Position numbers and translations under genes: made by a program. From the NCBI GenBank assembly GCA_000002445.1, contig CP000068.1:160001-224000 (forward strand): DNA of 64,000 bases, read 5' to 3'. This document shows, piece after piece, positions 11,221-22,698 of the stretch (the stretch's first letter is position 1; every line of letters starts with the position of its first letter). Under the pieces are notes generated by a model that was given only the letters and a program-made list of their open reading frames with translations, did not search any database and was not told the origin of the DNA. The DNA comes from Trypanosoma brucei. Lineage: Eukaryota.

Positions 11221-12372
11221 TTAAAATATGCTCACGTACTCATCTACGCGGTGCATCATCCCCTGTGCGATGCAGTCGGCAATCCAGTGCAAATTACTAA
11301 CCTCAAGCTCCTTCAGTTTGGCCCACGCGTAGAAAACACCATATTGAAACTGTCGACTGAGAGCATCTCTATACAAGGCCACAGTCACCTCCACAAACCG
11401 CCGTTCCAACGAAGAGGCACCTGCCGCAGAAGCTCCAGTTTGGCCAGATGCAGCGCCACTAACGGCATTATTGCCCCTGTTGTTGTTACCCCCCTTAGCA
11501 GAAGAAGAGGAAGTAGAGTTGTACCGGCTGTCATCAAGCAGTTCATGCATGAGTCCAAAACGCCGGACTCGCTCGCGAAGCTGCTCCACGCTCTCAGCCT
11601 CCGCGATATCGTCGTGGATGTCGACCAGTGACCCAAAACTCGGGAACAGCCGCCGCCTGTCAGTTGCATGGATGTCGGGAACGCCCATTGTGTTCACAGT
11701 ACTCCTTAGCACTGTCAGGTCTGCTTCAAGCTCCAGTAGTGGACACATTACTTCCGCAGTTGCGCCACCCAGTTCACAACAGAGATCGTAGAACTGTTCA
11801 TAGTAGTTCTTCATTAGCATGCCCTGGATGTACTCCACAGACAGCTCATCCAGATCACTCTCCAGGCCACCGTTGGCGTTGAAGAAACGACCGACTGGAC
11901 TGTCAATCAGAACCACCTCAAACATTTCACGCACGTCAGCCGCAGCGGTTAAACTGGCAAGTTCAGGGAACCAGCCGAGAGGATGGCAGCGGGTCAACAA
12001 CTGCATGCCGTCACGCCCACTGCGCTTTGCGATGATGAGCTTCAGCACGTTTGCGATCATGTGTTCGTACGTGATGAAATCGAGGAAGTGGGATAGCGGT
12101 GGCGCCGCCCAAGACCTTAGCTCACGCAACTGTTTCGCATAATGTTCCTGTGCACGCTCGACAATAACTCGGGCGCTCAACTGTGCCTGCCCATCATGCT
12201 GCAGGAAATTACCATAATCTGTGACCTGCAACTGTGACTTCATGTCACCCAGTGAGTCACACTGGACCAAACTGGCGTATTCTTCTGGACGGAGAAACCC
12301 GTCCTTGTAGCCGTGGACAATGGCCTCGAGGGAACCATCATACACGTTGAAGTTCAGAATTCCTCGCCCCAT
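11221..12372 (-). CDS. V-type proton ATPase subunit d (V0 complex, AC39/Vma6 family)
   Basis: N-terminus …FNVYDGSLEAIVHGYKDGFLRPEEYASLVQCDSLGDMKSQLQVTDYGNFLQH… aligns by eye to the conserved V-ATPase subunit d N-terminus (…FN.DDGYLEGLVRGFK.GLL…Y.[24 protein letters not shown]…). Length 383 aa fits after allowing an S/G/N-rich insertion. Confidence 0.85.
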   Translation of the reverse strand: MGRGILNFNVYDGSLEAIVHGYKDGFLRPEEYASLVQCDSLGDMKSQLQVTDYGNFLQHDGQAQLSARVIVERAQEHYAKQLRELRSWAAPPLSHFLDFITYEHMIANVLKLIIAKRSGRDGMQLLTRCHPLGWFPELASLTAAADVREMFEVVLIDSPVGRFFNANGGLESDLDELSVEYIQGMLMKNYYEQFYDLCCELGGATAEVMCPLLELEADLTVLRSTVNTMGVPDIHATDRRRLFPSFGSLVDIHDDIAEAESVEQLRERVRRFGLMHELLDDSRYNSTSSSSAKGGNNNRGNNAVSGAASGQTGASAAGASSLERRFVEVTVALYRDALSRQFQYGVFYAWAKLKELEVSNLHWIADCIAQGMMHRVDEYVSIF

Positions 12373-12914
12373 TATAATAATATAGTGTAGCTACTGACGT
12401 ACCTGCCTCTTTTCGCTAGTTTTCCTCCAGGGGCACTGACACAGTATTAAAGAAGAAAGCAGCTACAAACAGAACGCTCAGATCGATGTCGTTTCCAACT
12501 CCTACCAGCCTTCTTCGAACCTCCTTTCCCGTACCTGTCTAGAGTGTTAACGGAACCTTCTCCACCCACGTCACCCAATACTAAATAAAAGCAACTCTGT
12601 CTGTGTATCACCTGTTCTCTACCCTTTATTTGCGTATTCCTTCCCTTTAACAGCAACACAAGCGAACAAGTCAAGCGATGGGGGGAAAAAGCAACAATAA
12701 CAACAATAAGCGAAAGTAGGAAAGCAAATGCATAAGTGCGTGCGCCCGTTGCTTCGTTATGAGAGGTATGTCATTTGTCGCTGTTGTGACGGTGGTGATT
12801 AAATAAAGAGCTCCCTTACCGGGCGAATTTAAATACGAACGCGTTAAGGTGTGTGCACACACTCTCGCAAGCCGCACCCGCACAAGAACAGTGCACGTTT
12901 AATTAAGCAAGCAT

Positions 12915-14432
12915 TTACCATTTATTCCCCGCACCCGTTCCCCACGCCTCCTCCCAGCACTTGGGCCTCCATCGCGTTGAGACGGGTGGAGGCTGAAATG
13001 GCTCCCGGGCGCCGTCCTTGTCAATGGGATTGCGACCTTCCCTAATGTCACCTAAGTCCGTCAAACCCAACTCCTTCCGAATCGCCAGCCGCTCGTCTTC
13101 TAACTGATCAGCCTCAATTCGGAGCCGCTCCAGCTCCGGAGTGGTGAGGTCCGGAACGGCATCATGGTATGGAATACCCAGGTCTGTCCTCTCCCAGTAG
13201 TGAGCAAATGGCTCACCATCTGGGTCATTTGGATCATCTGACGTGGGCTTGCGTACAGGGTGCTGCTTCTTATTCATCCGCACTTGACGTTTGTACTCAA
13301 GCTCTTGCCACGCCATGTTACGGAAAACGTGGCCCAACTCAGTCCGCATCACTTCAACTTCCTCTTCATTGTAAAAAAGATCCCCACGAACAAAGCCAAG
13401 GGTCCACGTAGCACCGCTCTTCGCCTTTTGAGTGTACTCGGTTTGTGGGTTGTGCTCAGTTTGTCGCAATGGTTTCGTGGCCCTGTGGGCATCCCCGTAA
13501 ACCTGATCATCATCAAGCTCCTGAAAGGTTTGTTGCGAGCGGTTCATGTGGGCCATTATGCGCATGAGTGCGTCTTCCACCTCCTCATCATCTAAGATCA
13601 TGGGACCGAAGTACGACTTCTTGTAGCTGCGACTATGCTCCTCCTCTGCCACACTGGGTGGGTCTCCGCGGTGACCGCGCATCCACCGCTCCCATAACCT
13701 ATCGTCTGTGGCCAGTGTCCCATACGGGAGGTGCTTCTTGTTGCTATCTTTGCGATACATGCGACGCTGTTCCTCCCGCCCCTTTTGGAACTGCCATGTG
13801 ACGGTAAACTTATTACCAAATCGGTCCTTCGCGATGAGGCGTTCCTGCGTGAAAAAGAAGCGGATGTAATTCCAGTAGAGCAGCTCCCACCACATAATGA
13901 TGCGGTTGTCAGCTAGCCCCGAAAAGGAATGCTGTAACTTTACACTTTTGTCACCAAATGCGTCAACAGAACGAGTATATGGCACACTAGTGTCCGACTC
14001 TTCACGGATGCGCTGCCGCGCAGCAGCGGCAACCTCAGGGCCGGAAGTTTGCTCCAACTCCGTTGTGTATGCCTCCAGCTTGCGCTCCTCCCGCTGCTGC
14101 AACGCTTCCTCCTCCAACTGACGCTTGGCTTTGGCGGCTAATAGCTCCTTCTCCTTAATTGCCCACGCTACTGCGTCCTCCTGCCTGCGTTGAGCATAAA
14201 CCAGCTTTGATGTGATATCACTTGTCTCGTCTGCCATGCCTCGGATATTCGAAAGAACGGTTGCTATTGTCAAGCGGTGCCTGCGGCTGACACAGTAGCA
14301 ACCACTCAAAGGCAGCGCAGGATGGCTTACAGCCGTCAACTCTGACGGATGCACAGTGGTCGCCCACACCAATGGGGATAGATGATATTTCCTCATTTGT
14401 GGCCGTTGCGCGTGCTTCTCACTCACCCCCAA
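12915..14432 (-). CDS. Hypothetical charged protein, 505 aa as ORF; an internal ATG at 14237 (MADETSDITSKLVYAQ…) is an alternative start
   Basis: Long minus-strand ORF with coding-like composition and E/K/R-rich coiled regions; no family recognised. Confidence 0.55.
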   Translation of the reverse strand: MGVSEKHAQRPQMRKYHLSPLVWATTVHPSELTAVSHPALPLSGCYCVSRRHRLTIATVLSNIRGMADETSDITSKLVYAQRRQEDAVAWAIKEKELLAAKAKRQLEEEALQQREERKLEAYTTELEQTSGPEVAAAARQRIREESDTSVPYTRSVDAFGDKSVKLQHSFSGLADNRIIMWWELLYWNYIRFFFTQERLIAKDRFGNKFTVTWQFQKGREEQRRMYRKDSNKKHLPYGTLATDDRLWERWMRGHRGDPPSVAEEEHSRSYKKSYFGPMILDDEEVEDALMRIMAHMNRSQQTFQELDDDQVYGDAHRATKPLRQTEHNPQTEYTQKAKSGATWTLGFVRGDLFYNEEEVEVMRTELGHVFRNMAWQELEYKRQVRMNKKQHPVRKPTSDDPNDPDGEPFAHYWERTDLGIPYHDAVPDLTTPELERLRIEADQLEDERLAIRKELGLTDLGDIREGRNPIDKDGAREPFQPPPVSTRWRPKCWEEAWGTGAGNKW

Positions 14433-15654
14433 AAAAAAAAAAAAACTGCTACCGCCCCCGCCGATACGTGCCCTTCTTCTATTTACGTACTTGTTTACGC
14501 CTTTACCGCTCTACTACCGTTGTGAATGTCCCGTTCTCACGCTACGCACCTTAGCAGCTCAAACTACACCCCAGCTGTACTATGTGGGACTATTGTGCAT
14601 GAATTCAGAAAAATGTGTGGGAGTTGTAAACAACAGCACTACTTCACTCGCACCAGAAAGTACCAACTGCAACTCTCTACACACGCACACGTCTGACAGT
14701 TGTTCGAGCTGACCGTCGAATTGGAAAGGAAGGGACGCATTTATATGCATAAATGGGGGACGATGAGGGGAGTGAGCAAAGCACGGAGCACAATAAAAAC
14801 GTCTAACGCACGGAGGTGATCACTTCCAATTGTAAAAGAGGGGGAGATAACCGCACACAAACGTACGTGGCGTGTTGTGCTCACTTCAACTTTCTCAGCA
14901 ACTCCTTTTGCCTGCTCACCTCCCTTGGCCTGACGCCCAAGCAGCCGAGAAACTGTTTGGGCCACGTGCACTTCACTCGTTGGAGAAAAACAGCAGCGAT
15001 AGCTTTTAAAAAGAAAATAATTTGGGGGCTCTATGGATCCTTTTGACAACAGCAGCACAAACAAGAATAAGCAATGGAAAAGAGGGACAGGAAAAAGTAA
15101 GAATGTGAAACGTTCAAACGGTACGAGTCACATTAATACAGTTTCGTTTGTGCTTTTACCATTATGGGGGCAACGAACTCTTATGGTCATCCGTTCACTC
15201 AAAACTGCACAATATGTACCCGTGGAGTTTTGTCTTGCATTGGCCCTTTACACGCACCATATACGAACACCTTCAGGACCTTTTGCGTTTCTTCGTGTCA
15301 AATGCCCGGCATATCTATGTTGCATTCCATAGGAATGCGATGCAAATACGTATCTATTTCACCGTCATGTAACCTCTCACGCAAACGTACGTGCTGCAAC
15401 GCCATGCCCCACCCTACCCGACGATCTGCACAACCCTATCGATATCTCACTTTTTTTCTTTATGGGTACTGCTTGACCCATCCTCTTTTAAAGGAAAAAA
15501 GACAGCAGAACAACACTGCCCGCGCAGAGCCCAGACGAACAGCCACCACAGCGGCACAAAGGTAGACTAAAAGAAGAGCAGCATACTTCATAGCGCCGCC
15601 ACCCTCTCGACTTTAGTTCTTCGTCCGCCTCAGGGGGGTAAACGAAGGGGAACG

Positions 15655-18600
15655 TCAGAACTCATCCCGTTTCCCCACCTTTGTCCGAGCTACAACATCT
15701 AGCAGCTGTTTTGAATTAGCACCATGGGCGTAGTCGTTAACACCGTACCCTAACGAGCTCACCCTGCGGGTGGGCGTCACTGTTGATTGCCTTTGGTGGT
15801 GCTGTTGCTTCAATATCCCCCTCAATCCTCCGCCATCGCGTGCACGCGATGGCGATCGAGTGCCAGAGATAACTGGTCTCGCGGGGCCGCGCAGCGACTC
15901 TTCACGTTCTAATCCACGAAAAAAGAGCCCTTGCGCCTCATTGCCGATCTGGCGCCGGTCGCGGCCGCGGCGCGAAGCGTCTGTATCCCCAACATCGGGG
16001 TACGCGGCGGTACTGTCCGGTGAAATAACGATGGAACTACCGGTGTTATGCAAGGAACTCATATGCAGGGTGTAGTCTTCTTCATTACTGCTACGAGGCC
16101 GGGCTTGTCCACCGCCAGCTGCATACGACTTTCCTGACACGGTGGTGCGAACAGACAGCGAGCCACCGGGGGACCGCTTGACGTTTTCACAGTAACGATC
16201 TCCAGTGGTGCCGGGCTTCCGGTTTCGGGCGCGCTGTCTACTGGCTACCACCGCAGCTGGCCGGTTCGTGGATTTCAAGACCCCAGATCCATGGTGTCCC
16301 TTTGGCTGGTTTCCACAAACGCAGTCATGGTATGCGTGATAATTGGCGTAAAGGCCATCCATCAACTCTTCCATCCCGTCCCGATACTTCCGGGAGTGTG
16401 GCGAAGAACGACGAATTGGTGCTGCTGCCGTTGGCGCTGCAGCATTTGCCGATGACAGTGAGGACGGTGACGCAGCCACCCTGACTGGTGTTCGAGGGTT
16501 TGCTTGGGGCGACTGACCACGTAAAGCCGCTGACAGCGATGGAGGTGTCCGGGTTACAGGGGCCCGAGTCGCGGATGTCGTCCTCCTGCCGTCTGACTTG
16601 GTTTGCAGGCCACCAACCATATCGCTGACAGCGCCTCCTCGGGAGCGACCGGCATGCCGCTGCCTGGTGGACACATCACGCTCGTGGGCATTCACACCTT
16701 CACTGTGTGATCTGTAGTGTTGGGTAGATGGAGCGCGGGTTGTGTACTTCGTCCCCCCAGAAGCTAAGACAACTGTGTCTCTTGCTGCTGGTGAGTGTCT
16801 TCCTTCGTCGTAGGATTGAATGATGCCCTGAGGTCGCTGCTGTATCTGCAGACCTTGTGATGGTGGTTGGAAGGACGGGGGCGATGCACTCATCTCACCC
16901 ATGGGGGACAGCTCCTTATTACCTGAACGTGGTGGAGTGGTGGGAGGAGCGAAAGATGGAGAACTCTTGCCATATTGCATGGCATTTCCTTTTTGCTCCC
17001 TCACCAAGGGCGCCCCTGCCGTAGATCCCCTTGTTGCAAGACCCCGTTGAAATGCGGCAGTGGAAACAGAGGCTCCACTATAAAAATCACTCTCAGTATC
17101 CATCATAACCCTTCGCCTTGAGCCTTCCGACGCCGTTAGCGTTTTCGATGTAGAGTCCAGAACTGTTGCCACGGGAGGGTAAGATATGTCCGAGCCACGG
17201 CGCCCACAAACACCACGCAGCTCGTCAGTCAATTCCTTCATTACCTCTGCAACGTGCAAAAGAGCGTCGTCCCTACCAGGAGCAACAGCACTCGGCGGAG
17301 GAGCCCGGCCCACGCCGGGGTGAATGCCTTCATCATCTATGGTGATGGTTGTGACTGGAGACGGTGACACCGGTCTTTCTAACCCGCTCGGCCTCTTCTC
17401 CTGTTGATGTTGTTGAACTATGGGCAGCGGGGGCGGTGGTTGAAGCTGATCATCTGGCACATGGTGTTGCCTCCTCCACCGTCGGAGCTCAGCGCGTGAC
17501 ACTGCAGCTTCGGATAAAGCCTTGTCCCTTCCCTGTTCCGCAACAGCGACACTCTCGCGTAGAAGTTGTAGCTGCTCTTCTAGTTGCTGTGTTCTCTCAC
17601 TGTTGCTACCACTGAGAGAAAGAACCTCTTGTGCCACTTGAAACATATGGGCGATTACTTTAAGCACGATGTCATCCTTCTTGAAATGAGACACTTTTGG
17701 GCGGGAATGGCCAGGTGGAAGCGGTGGTTTCGGCACCTCCTCCCCTGAATCACGAACATCTTCAACCTCAAGTTCATCCCGTGCATCGCTGCACCTATCG
17801 CAACTCTGGTTACCATGTGGCTGCAACTGATTTCCCTCAACTACAGACATCACCTCCTCTTCTGCAACAACATCCTGGCGAATGCAAGCAGTCAAAACAT
17901 CTTCTGGTAAGGGATGAAGGGAAGTGATAGTAGCTCCAGTTGTATCCACCCAATTAACATACATAGCACAAATATCCACCACGTCATCAACTAATTCACG
18001 CAGTTCTGCAGCTGTTTCAGTGCGTTTGTGAAGCTTTTCCAGGATGCCGATGAAGCCACTACTTAACTGCTCAAGGGCAGCTGACCAAACGCAAGGTCCC
18101 TCGCCACCCACGCGACTGAAGAAGTAGCACCCGCGTTGCCGCTTAGCACGTTCATGGATAAGTATGTAAAGTTCACGAAGCATTTCGGGGTCCTGACCAA
18201 AGCCTCGCTTCACATCGAGTTCAATGTAATACTTGAGCATTTCAGCGATGAAATGCTGCATCGATTCCGTGTCCTTTTGCAATAAGATGGCGGCGAGCTT
18301 GTAATCGGTACTAAACTTCGCCAAAGCCTGGTAAACAGCGGTCACGTTTGACTCCACTATGCGGAGAAGCTTTTCGTCAGACACATAGGTTGCACCATCA
18401 CTTCCCTTCGACTCTATGTTAGCCGCAGCCCCTGAGCCGCTGTTATGATCGCCTTCAATTCCAGCAGTACCCTCCTTGCTACCTTTCCCACCAACGGCCC
18501 GCAGCGTATTGAGATCTAGTTCAATATAGTCATCGTCACCGAACCCATCAGCGAAGACCAATTCATCACTGTTTCCACCGCTGCCCCGGTTTCCGACCGC

Positions 18601-21600
18601 AACAGGGATGGCTAAGTAGCGTACACTTAACAGACCGGAGACCATTGTGCGCAACTTTCCCACCATTTCGTACAGTCGTGTAATTCGGTGGTCTGCGGGA
18701 AGAATACGATCAGCGGGCGCATTCTGAAGCAACAGCGACATCACCTCATTTCGCGCATCCGCATCATCCTTCTCACCGGTAACTGTTCTACATGCTTCAC
18801 TATCACCGGTATCAGCGCTGCTTTTTCCGCTGTTAAGAATGTTCAGTAGCGCTTTATTACCACAACTGGTAACTCCGGTCCTCTTTTTTCTCTTGGACTG
18901 GGCGGCGTCGATGGCACGATCGAGAACCGGTAATATCCCATCAGCGAAGTGCATGAGTGTTGTGTCGATGTCCAGAAGCGCTTCGGTGCATGAATCTAAA
19001 TTTGGGGGAGCCACATTTGCGTTGCAAAAGAACCGGTGAACAGCAGCGAAGTATTTCACCAACTTTTTCTGAGTGTGCAGATGATCCTCAGTCGTCTCAT
19101 GCAGCCGAGTAGCCCATCTACCAAACTTCCGAAGCAGCACAGCCAGCGCCTCCTCATTCACCTCCTGTTGCTTCTGTAGACGCTCTTCGTCGGCTCCGTT
19201 CCATTCACTGTCTGGGTCACCGCCATCGCCTTCGTCTTGCCGTTGCTTTAATCGGCTTTTATCATCGTCACGGCATTCCTGCTCCCGCAGCACCGTCTCC
19301 ACCACATCGTCCTCTGCACACTCATCTGTACCCAAGAGATAAAGTGACCGCTTGATCCGCTGCCCCGCTTCTGCCAGCCGCTGCAAAATTACCTGAATAG
19401 CCTGACGGAAGGTCACCACTTCCTCGCGCCACTGCTTGCGCTCCTCCTGCAACAAGAGTAGTCGTGACTGCTGACTTACACGATCACAGAGAGCTGTATT
19501 ATCTTTGAGCCGCGATTCAACGAGCTTCAGTGCCTCAAGCAACTCCCCGTCAGTAACCGACTGCCCCGCATCCGATTTGGTAAGGTCAGCCCGGAGTGTT
19601 TGCTTGAATGCCGAAGCCACAGCAGCAGGTGAAGTAGTATTAGATGCGGATGCGGTGGGAGCAGAGGGTGATTGCAGGGACTCTGGTCGGCCATCATGCT
19701 CAAGGCGAAAAGCGAGCTCTTCAACACCCACGGCACGGCAAAGCGCCCCCACTGTATTGCATATGCGCGCCCAACGCTTCCCACGAGGGATATTGGACTG
19801 AATTAGATTATCGAGCCGCACCTTGTTTGCTTCGTAGGCATGCTGCAGCCGGTGGTATCGCGTTTTGATGAGTTTCATGCGCTCGTCCAGGTCCCGAAAT
19901 ACGGTAGTCGCCAAAGTTATCGAATGGGCTCCAGTACTCCCCTGGTTATTACCTGGTGCTGCATCGACTGCGCAGTCTTTCACGGCGGGGACGTCATCCG
20001 TGAGCTCGTCAGAAAGGGCATTGATAACGGCCTCAGCCTCCACAGAGTTAGCTGAAATGAGTAGTATCTCCTTGCACCGCTTAACGAGCTGTTTCCCACC
20101 CTCCCGCACGATTTCCTCCAAGCGGGCCTTCTCCATTCGGCTATTTGCACCTGAAGCCTGATGTTTGTGTTGTTCTTGAACCCACTGTTCCTGTCGCCTT
20201 TTCAGCAGCTGCACCATTTCCAGTAAGTTATTCACAGGGGGCTCAATTTCAACAGCTCCTTCACACGAACTGGGCGACGTTCCCGTAGGAAGTAGCTGGG
20301 CCAACTCGCACAAACACTGCTGAATCAGCGCGTTGTCCGCAGAGGAACGGGTGTCACAACGCTCCCCCAGTACCCATCGCCGCAGTTGGTCCACTGTGCT
20401 GAGGAGTGTTGTCATCGTTGAGTCGTCAATGCACTGAACATTTCCACATGCAAGACTGTCAGCTAGCTGAGAAACATTGGTACACAACTCCCTTATATGG
20501 GGTACAAGGGTGTCTGGAACATTTGACTGCGCGGCGAAGCGCTGCACAACAGATTCCACATATCCCGCTAATGCGTCCTCATCCTGCGGCGCTTTGGTCG
20601 GTGACAAACACGTTGGGTCAGTATCCCCCTGCGACGAACCATCACCATCAGGCAGCCAGCGGAGAATTCGCATCAGTATCTCCCTCATTTTCTTTCTGTA
20701 ACCCTGCAAAGACTCCTGGTTTACATTCTCCTCTTTCTTGAGCTGGTGATCTACCAACAAACCCAAATGCTGAGCCATCTCGATAGCAGTGCTGTGCCCA
20801 CTTACGACGGTGTCATCTGACAGCTTCCTCGAGAATCTATCGTCACTGCACTCGCTCGCACTGCGGTCGTCACTGTGCCTTAGTTTTCGTGTTATTTCGG
20901 CCAGCTTTGACCGAACCTCCTGCTCCCTCTCCGCTAGCGCAGCTATCATATCCCTAGCAGACTCGAGAGACGTGCGCATATGGTCGAAAACAACCTCGGC
21001 TGAAGAGCTCGTTGGCCACCCCCTAAGATGATTTGGGACGATGTTTAAATGAAAACGTTGATTTACTTGTGTCATAATGGATATCACATCTTTGAATTCC
21101 CTTTCGATCCACTGATCGTTAGAAGAAACGCTTACATTAGGTCTGTCCGACAGCAATATTGCCCGTTCCTGCTCCACTGTAGGCGGCGACACAACGCCGC
21201 ACGAGCTAAATCGGGACATTGCAGCCTTCTCATATTGGTGAAGAAGAGCAGAACAGGTATGAACGTCCCTTCTAGCAAATTCTAAGTCCTTCGTCAGCTT
21301 TAGCGTCAGGGAAGGTGCTTGGCCTACTGGGACCCCTGGGGATGCCCCAAGTATGTCCATAACTTGTCGTAACGTCTCCTTGTTATCCTCATCTATGGTT
21401 CGTTCCACAGCACAGGGTCTGCAAGAGCTCATCATATCAAGTATTTCCCCCAACGATGACTCGCTATCATAACTTTTGCATATCCCATTCCTCTCCGCAA
21501 GTTTCCGCGCGGTCTTCTTACATTTCTCAACCTGCATGAGAACTTTGAGGAAAGGGCTCTCATTGACGTCATCAAAGTCTTTGCCCGTACTAGCACCCTC

Positions 21601-22038
21601 ATTCACATGGCCAGATACTTTCCTTCCGGTTAGGTGATACAGAGTTTCGCCAACTATGTCAGCTACTCTAGAACTTGTGATCGCAACCTCGCCACCTCTC
21701 ATCTCTATCCGCTTCTTCAAATGCATAATCGCCCCCAACAAATCGCGCATGGGAGAATCCACTCCCTCATTTTCCAACAGCCAAACGATGCGGGCTTCTA
21801 GCTCTTCGGTAAATACAGGTTCATCAGCTTTTCCACGTCCCATTGCCTCTGCTAGAACTGCCGTTGTGATATCACGAACAGCAGCAGAGTTTCTTAGATG
21901 AACAGAAGGAGCTGTCGGTGAAGAGTGCATGCGGATATCCCCCCTGGCAGTGGGTGTATCGTTGCTCTCTTGTGACTTCTTAAATGAAGTCCATAACCGG
22001 GCATGCGCATTCGCCCAGTCGTACTTTTGCCCTTCCAT
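15655..22038 (-). CDS. Large hypothetical protein (2127 aa) with extended alpha-helical/coiled-coil N-terminal two-thirds and an S/P/R/T-rich low-complexity C-terminal ~550 aa
   Basis: Single 6.4-kb uninterrupted ORF on the minus strand; antisense and overlapping short ORFs inside it are chance ORFs. No domain recognised by eye. Confidence 0.7.
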   Translation of the reverse strand: MEGQKYDWANAHARLWTSFKKSQESNDTPTARGDIRMHSSPTAPSVHLRNSAAVRDITTAVLAEAMGRGKADEPVFTEELEARIVWLLENEGVDSPMRDLLGAIMHLKKRIEMRGGEVAITSSRVADIVGETLYHLTGRKVSGHVNEGASTGKDFDDVNESPFLKVLMQVEKCKKTARKLAERNGICKSYDSESSLGEILDMMSSCRPCAVERTIDEDNKETLRQVMDILGASPGVPVGQAPSLTLKLTKDLEFARRDVHTCSALLHQYEKAAMSRFSSCGVVSPPTVEQERAILLSDRPNVSVSSNDQWIEREFKDVISIMTQVNQRFHLNIVPNHLRGWPTSSSAEVVFDHMRTSLESARDMIAALAEREQEVRSKLAEITRKLRHSDDRSASECSDDRFSRKLSDDTVVSGHSTAIEMAQHLGLLVDHQLKKEENVNQESLQGYRKKMREILMRILRWLPDGDGSSQGDTDPTCLSPTKAPQDEDALAGYVESVVQRFAAQSNVPDTLVPHIRELCTNVSQLADSLACGNVQCIDDSTMTTLLSTVDQLRRWVLGERCDTRSSADNALIQQCLCELAQLLPTGTSPSSCEGAVEIEPPVNNLLEMVQLLKRRQEQWVQEQHKHQASGANSRMEKARLEEIVREGGKQLVKRCKEILLISANSVEAEAVINALSDELTDDVPAVKDCAVDAAPGNNQGSTGAHSITLATTVFRDLDERMKLIKTRYHRLQHAYEANKVRLDNLIQSNIPRGKRWARICNTVGALCRAVGVEELAFRLEHDGRPESLQSPSAPTASASNTTSPAAVASAFKQTLRADLTKSDAGQSVTDGELLEALKLVESRLKDNTALCDRVSQQSRLLLLQEERKQWREEVVTFRQAIQVILQRLAEAGQRIKRSLYLLGTDECAEDDVVETVLREQECRDDDKSRLKQRQDEGDGGDPDSEWNGADEERLQKQQEVNEEALAVLLRKFGRWATRLHETTEDHLHTQKKLVKYFAAVHRFFCNANVAPPNLDSCTEALLDIDTTLMHFADGILPVLDRAIDAAQSKRKKRTGVTSCGNKALLNILNSGKSSADTGDSEACRTVTGEKDDADARNEVMSLLLQNAPADRILPADHRITRLYEMVGKLRTMVSGLLSVRYLAIPVAVGNRGSGGNSDELVFADGFGDDDYIELDLNTLRAVGGKGSKEGTAGIEGDHNSGSGAAANIESKGSDGATYVSDEKLLRIVESNVTAVYQALAKFSTDYKLAAILLQKDTESMQHFIAEMLKYYIELDVKRGFGQDPEMLRELYILIHERAKRQRGCYFFSRVGGEGPCVWSAALEQLSSGFIGILEKLHKRTETAAELRELVDDVVDICAMYVNWVDTTGATITSLHPLPEDVLTACIRQDVVAEEEVMSVVEGNQLQPHGNQSCDRCSDARDELEVEDVRDSGEEVPKPPLPPGHSRPKVSHFKKDDIVLKVIAHMFQVAQEVLSLSGSNSERTQQLEEQLQLLRESVAVAEQGRDKALSEAAVSRAELRRWRRQHHVPDDQLQPPPPLPIVQQHQQEKRPSGLERPVSPSPVTTITIDDEGIHPGVGRAPPPSAVAPGRDDALLHVAEVMKELTDELRGVCGRRGSDISYPPVATVLDSTSKTLTASEGSRRRVMMDTESDFYSGASVSTAAFQRGLATRGSTAGAPLVREQKGNAMQYGKSSPSFAPPTTPPRSGNKELSPMGEMSASPPSFQPPSQGLQIQQRPQGIIQSYDEGRHSPAARDTVVLASGGTKYTTRAPSTQHYRSHSEGVNAHERDVSTRQRHAGRSRGGAVSDMVGGLQTKSDGRRTTSATRAPVTRTPPSLSAALRGQSPQANPRTPVRVAASPSSLSSANAAAPTAAAPIRRSSPHSRKYRDGMEELMDGLYANYHAYHDCVCGNQPKGHHGSGVLKSTNRPAAVVASRQRARNRKPGTTGDRYCENVKRSPGGSLSVRTTVSGKSYAAGGGQARPRSSNEEDYTLHMSSLHNTGSSIVISPDSTAAYPDVGDTDASRRGRDRRQIGNEAQGLFFRGLEREESLRGPARPVISGTRSPSRARDGGGLRGILKQQHHQRQSTVTPTRRVSSLGYGVNDYAHGANSKQLLDVVARTKVGKRDEF

Positions 22039-22290
22039 CAGATTAACCGAAGATAACGTTCAATAAGGGGATAAAAACGACGACCTTCCCACTAAATGCT
22101 ATCGTTGATTAAAAAAATGCATAAAGAGTGGAACGTGAAGGTTGTGGAAGAGCACCGCTTTTCCCTTGTGAATAAACACACAGTACAACTAGACAGCAGC
22201 ATTGGGGCCAACCAAATGAAAATAGTGCATAATAACTGAGTTAAAAAGACATAAACGCGGACGTTAAATTTTCTTAACCTTTGCCATCCA

Positions 22291-22698
22291 TTAAGATTGC
22301 TGCTGACGTCTTTGGATTTGTGAGTGCTTCGCCTGCATCTTCCGGAATAGTTCCTCAGACTTTTGTTGCCCGCTGCGTTGCTTGTTCTCTAGGTCAGCAA
22401 TAGCGGCGTCCGTCCTTTTGAGCTCCCCATTGATGTACTCAAGACGATTCTGTACAATTGCCTTAGCATCGCTCTGGTCCTGTGGAATTAGTGCCGGTCC
22501 GATAAGCTTGTATACCTTGGAATCTGGTTCTAGTCGGTTGATTTCATCCCTTACTATTTCGTTTTCAGACTTTTGAGCACCAAGTCGTTGGCGCGCATCA
22601 ATTAGCTTCGCCTTCTTTTCTCCGAGCTCCTGGTTTTCCTTGAGAAGCATTTGAAGCTGATCGCTCATTGCCTTAATCTCGGGTGGAACCTGCTGCAT
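22291..22698 (-). CDS. Prefoldin subunit 6-like (prefoldin beta-class)
   Basis: 135-aa coiled-coil protein; …NEIVRDEINRLEPDSKVYKLIGPALIPQDQSDAKAIVQNRLEYINGELKRTDAAIADLE… matches the beta-hairpin region of prefoldin 6 (…NIVKEELALLDGSNVVFKLLGPVLVKQELGEARATVGKRLDYITAEIKRYESQL…). Confidence 0.75.
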   Translation of the reverse strand: MQQVPPEIKAMSDQLQMLLKENQELGEKKAKLIDARQRLGAQKSENEIVRDEINRLEPDSKVYKLIGPALIPQDQSDAKAIVQNRLEYINGELKRTDAAIADLENKQRSGQQKSEELFRKMQAKHSQIQRRQQQS

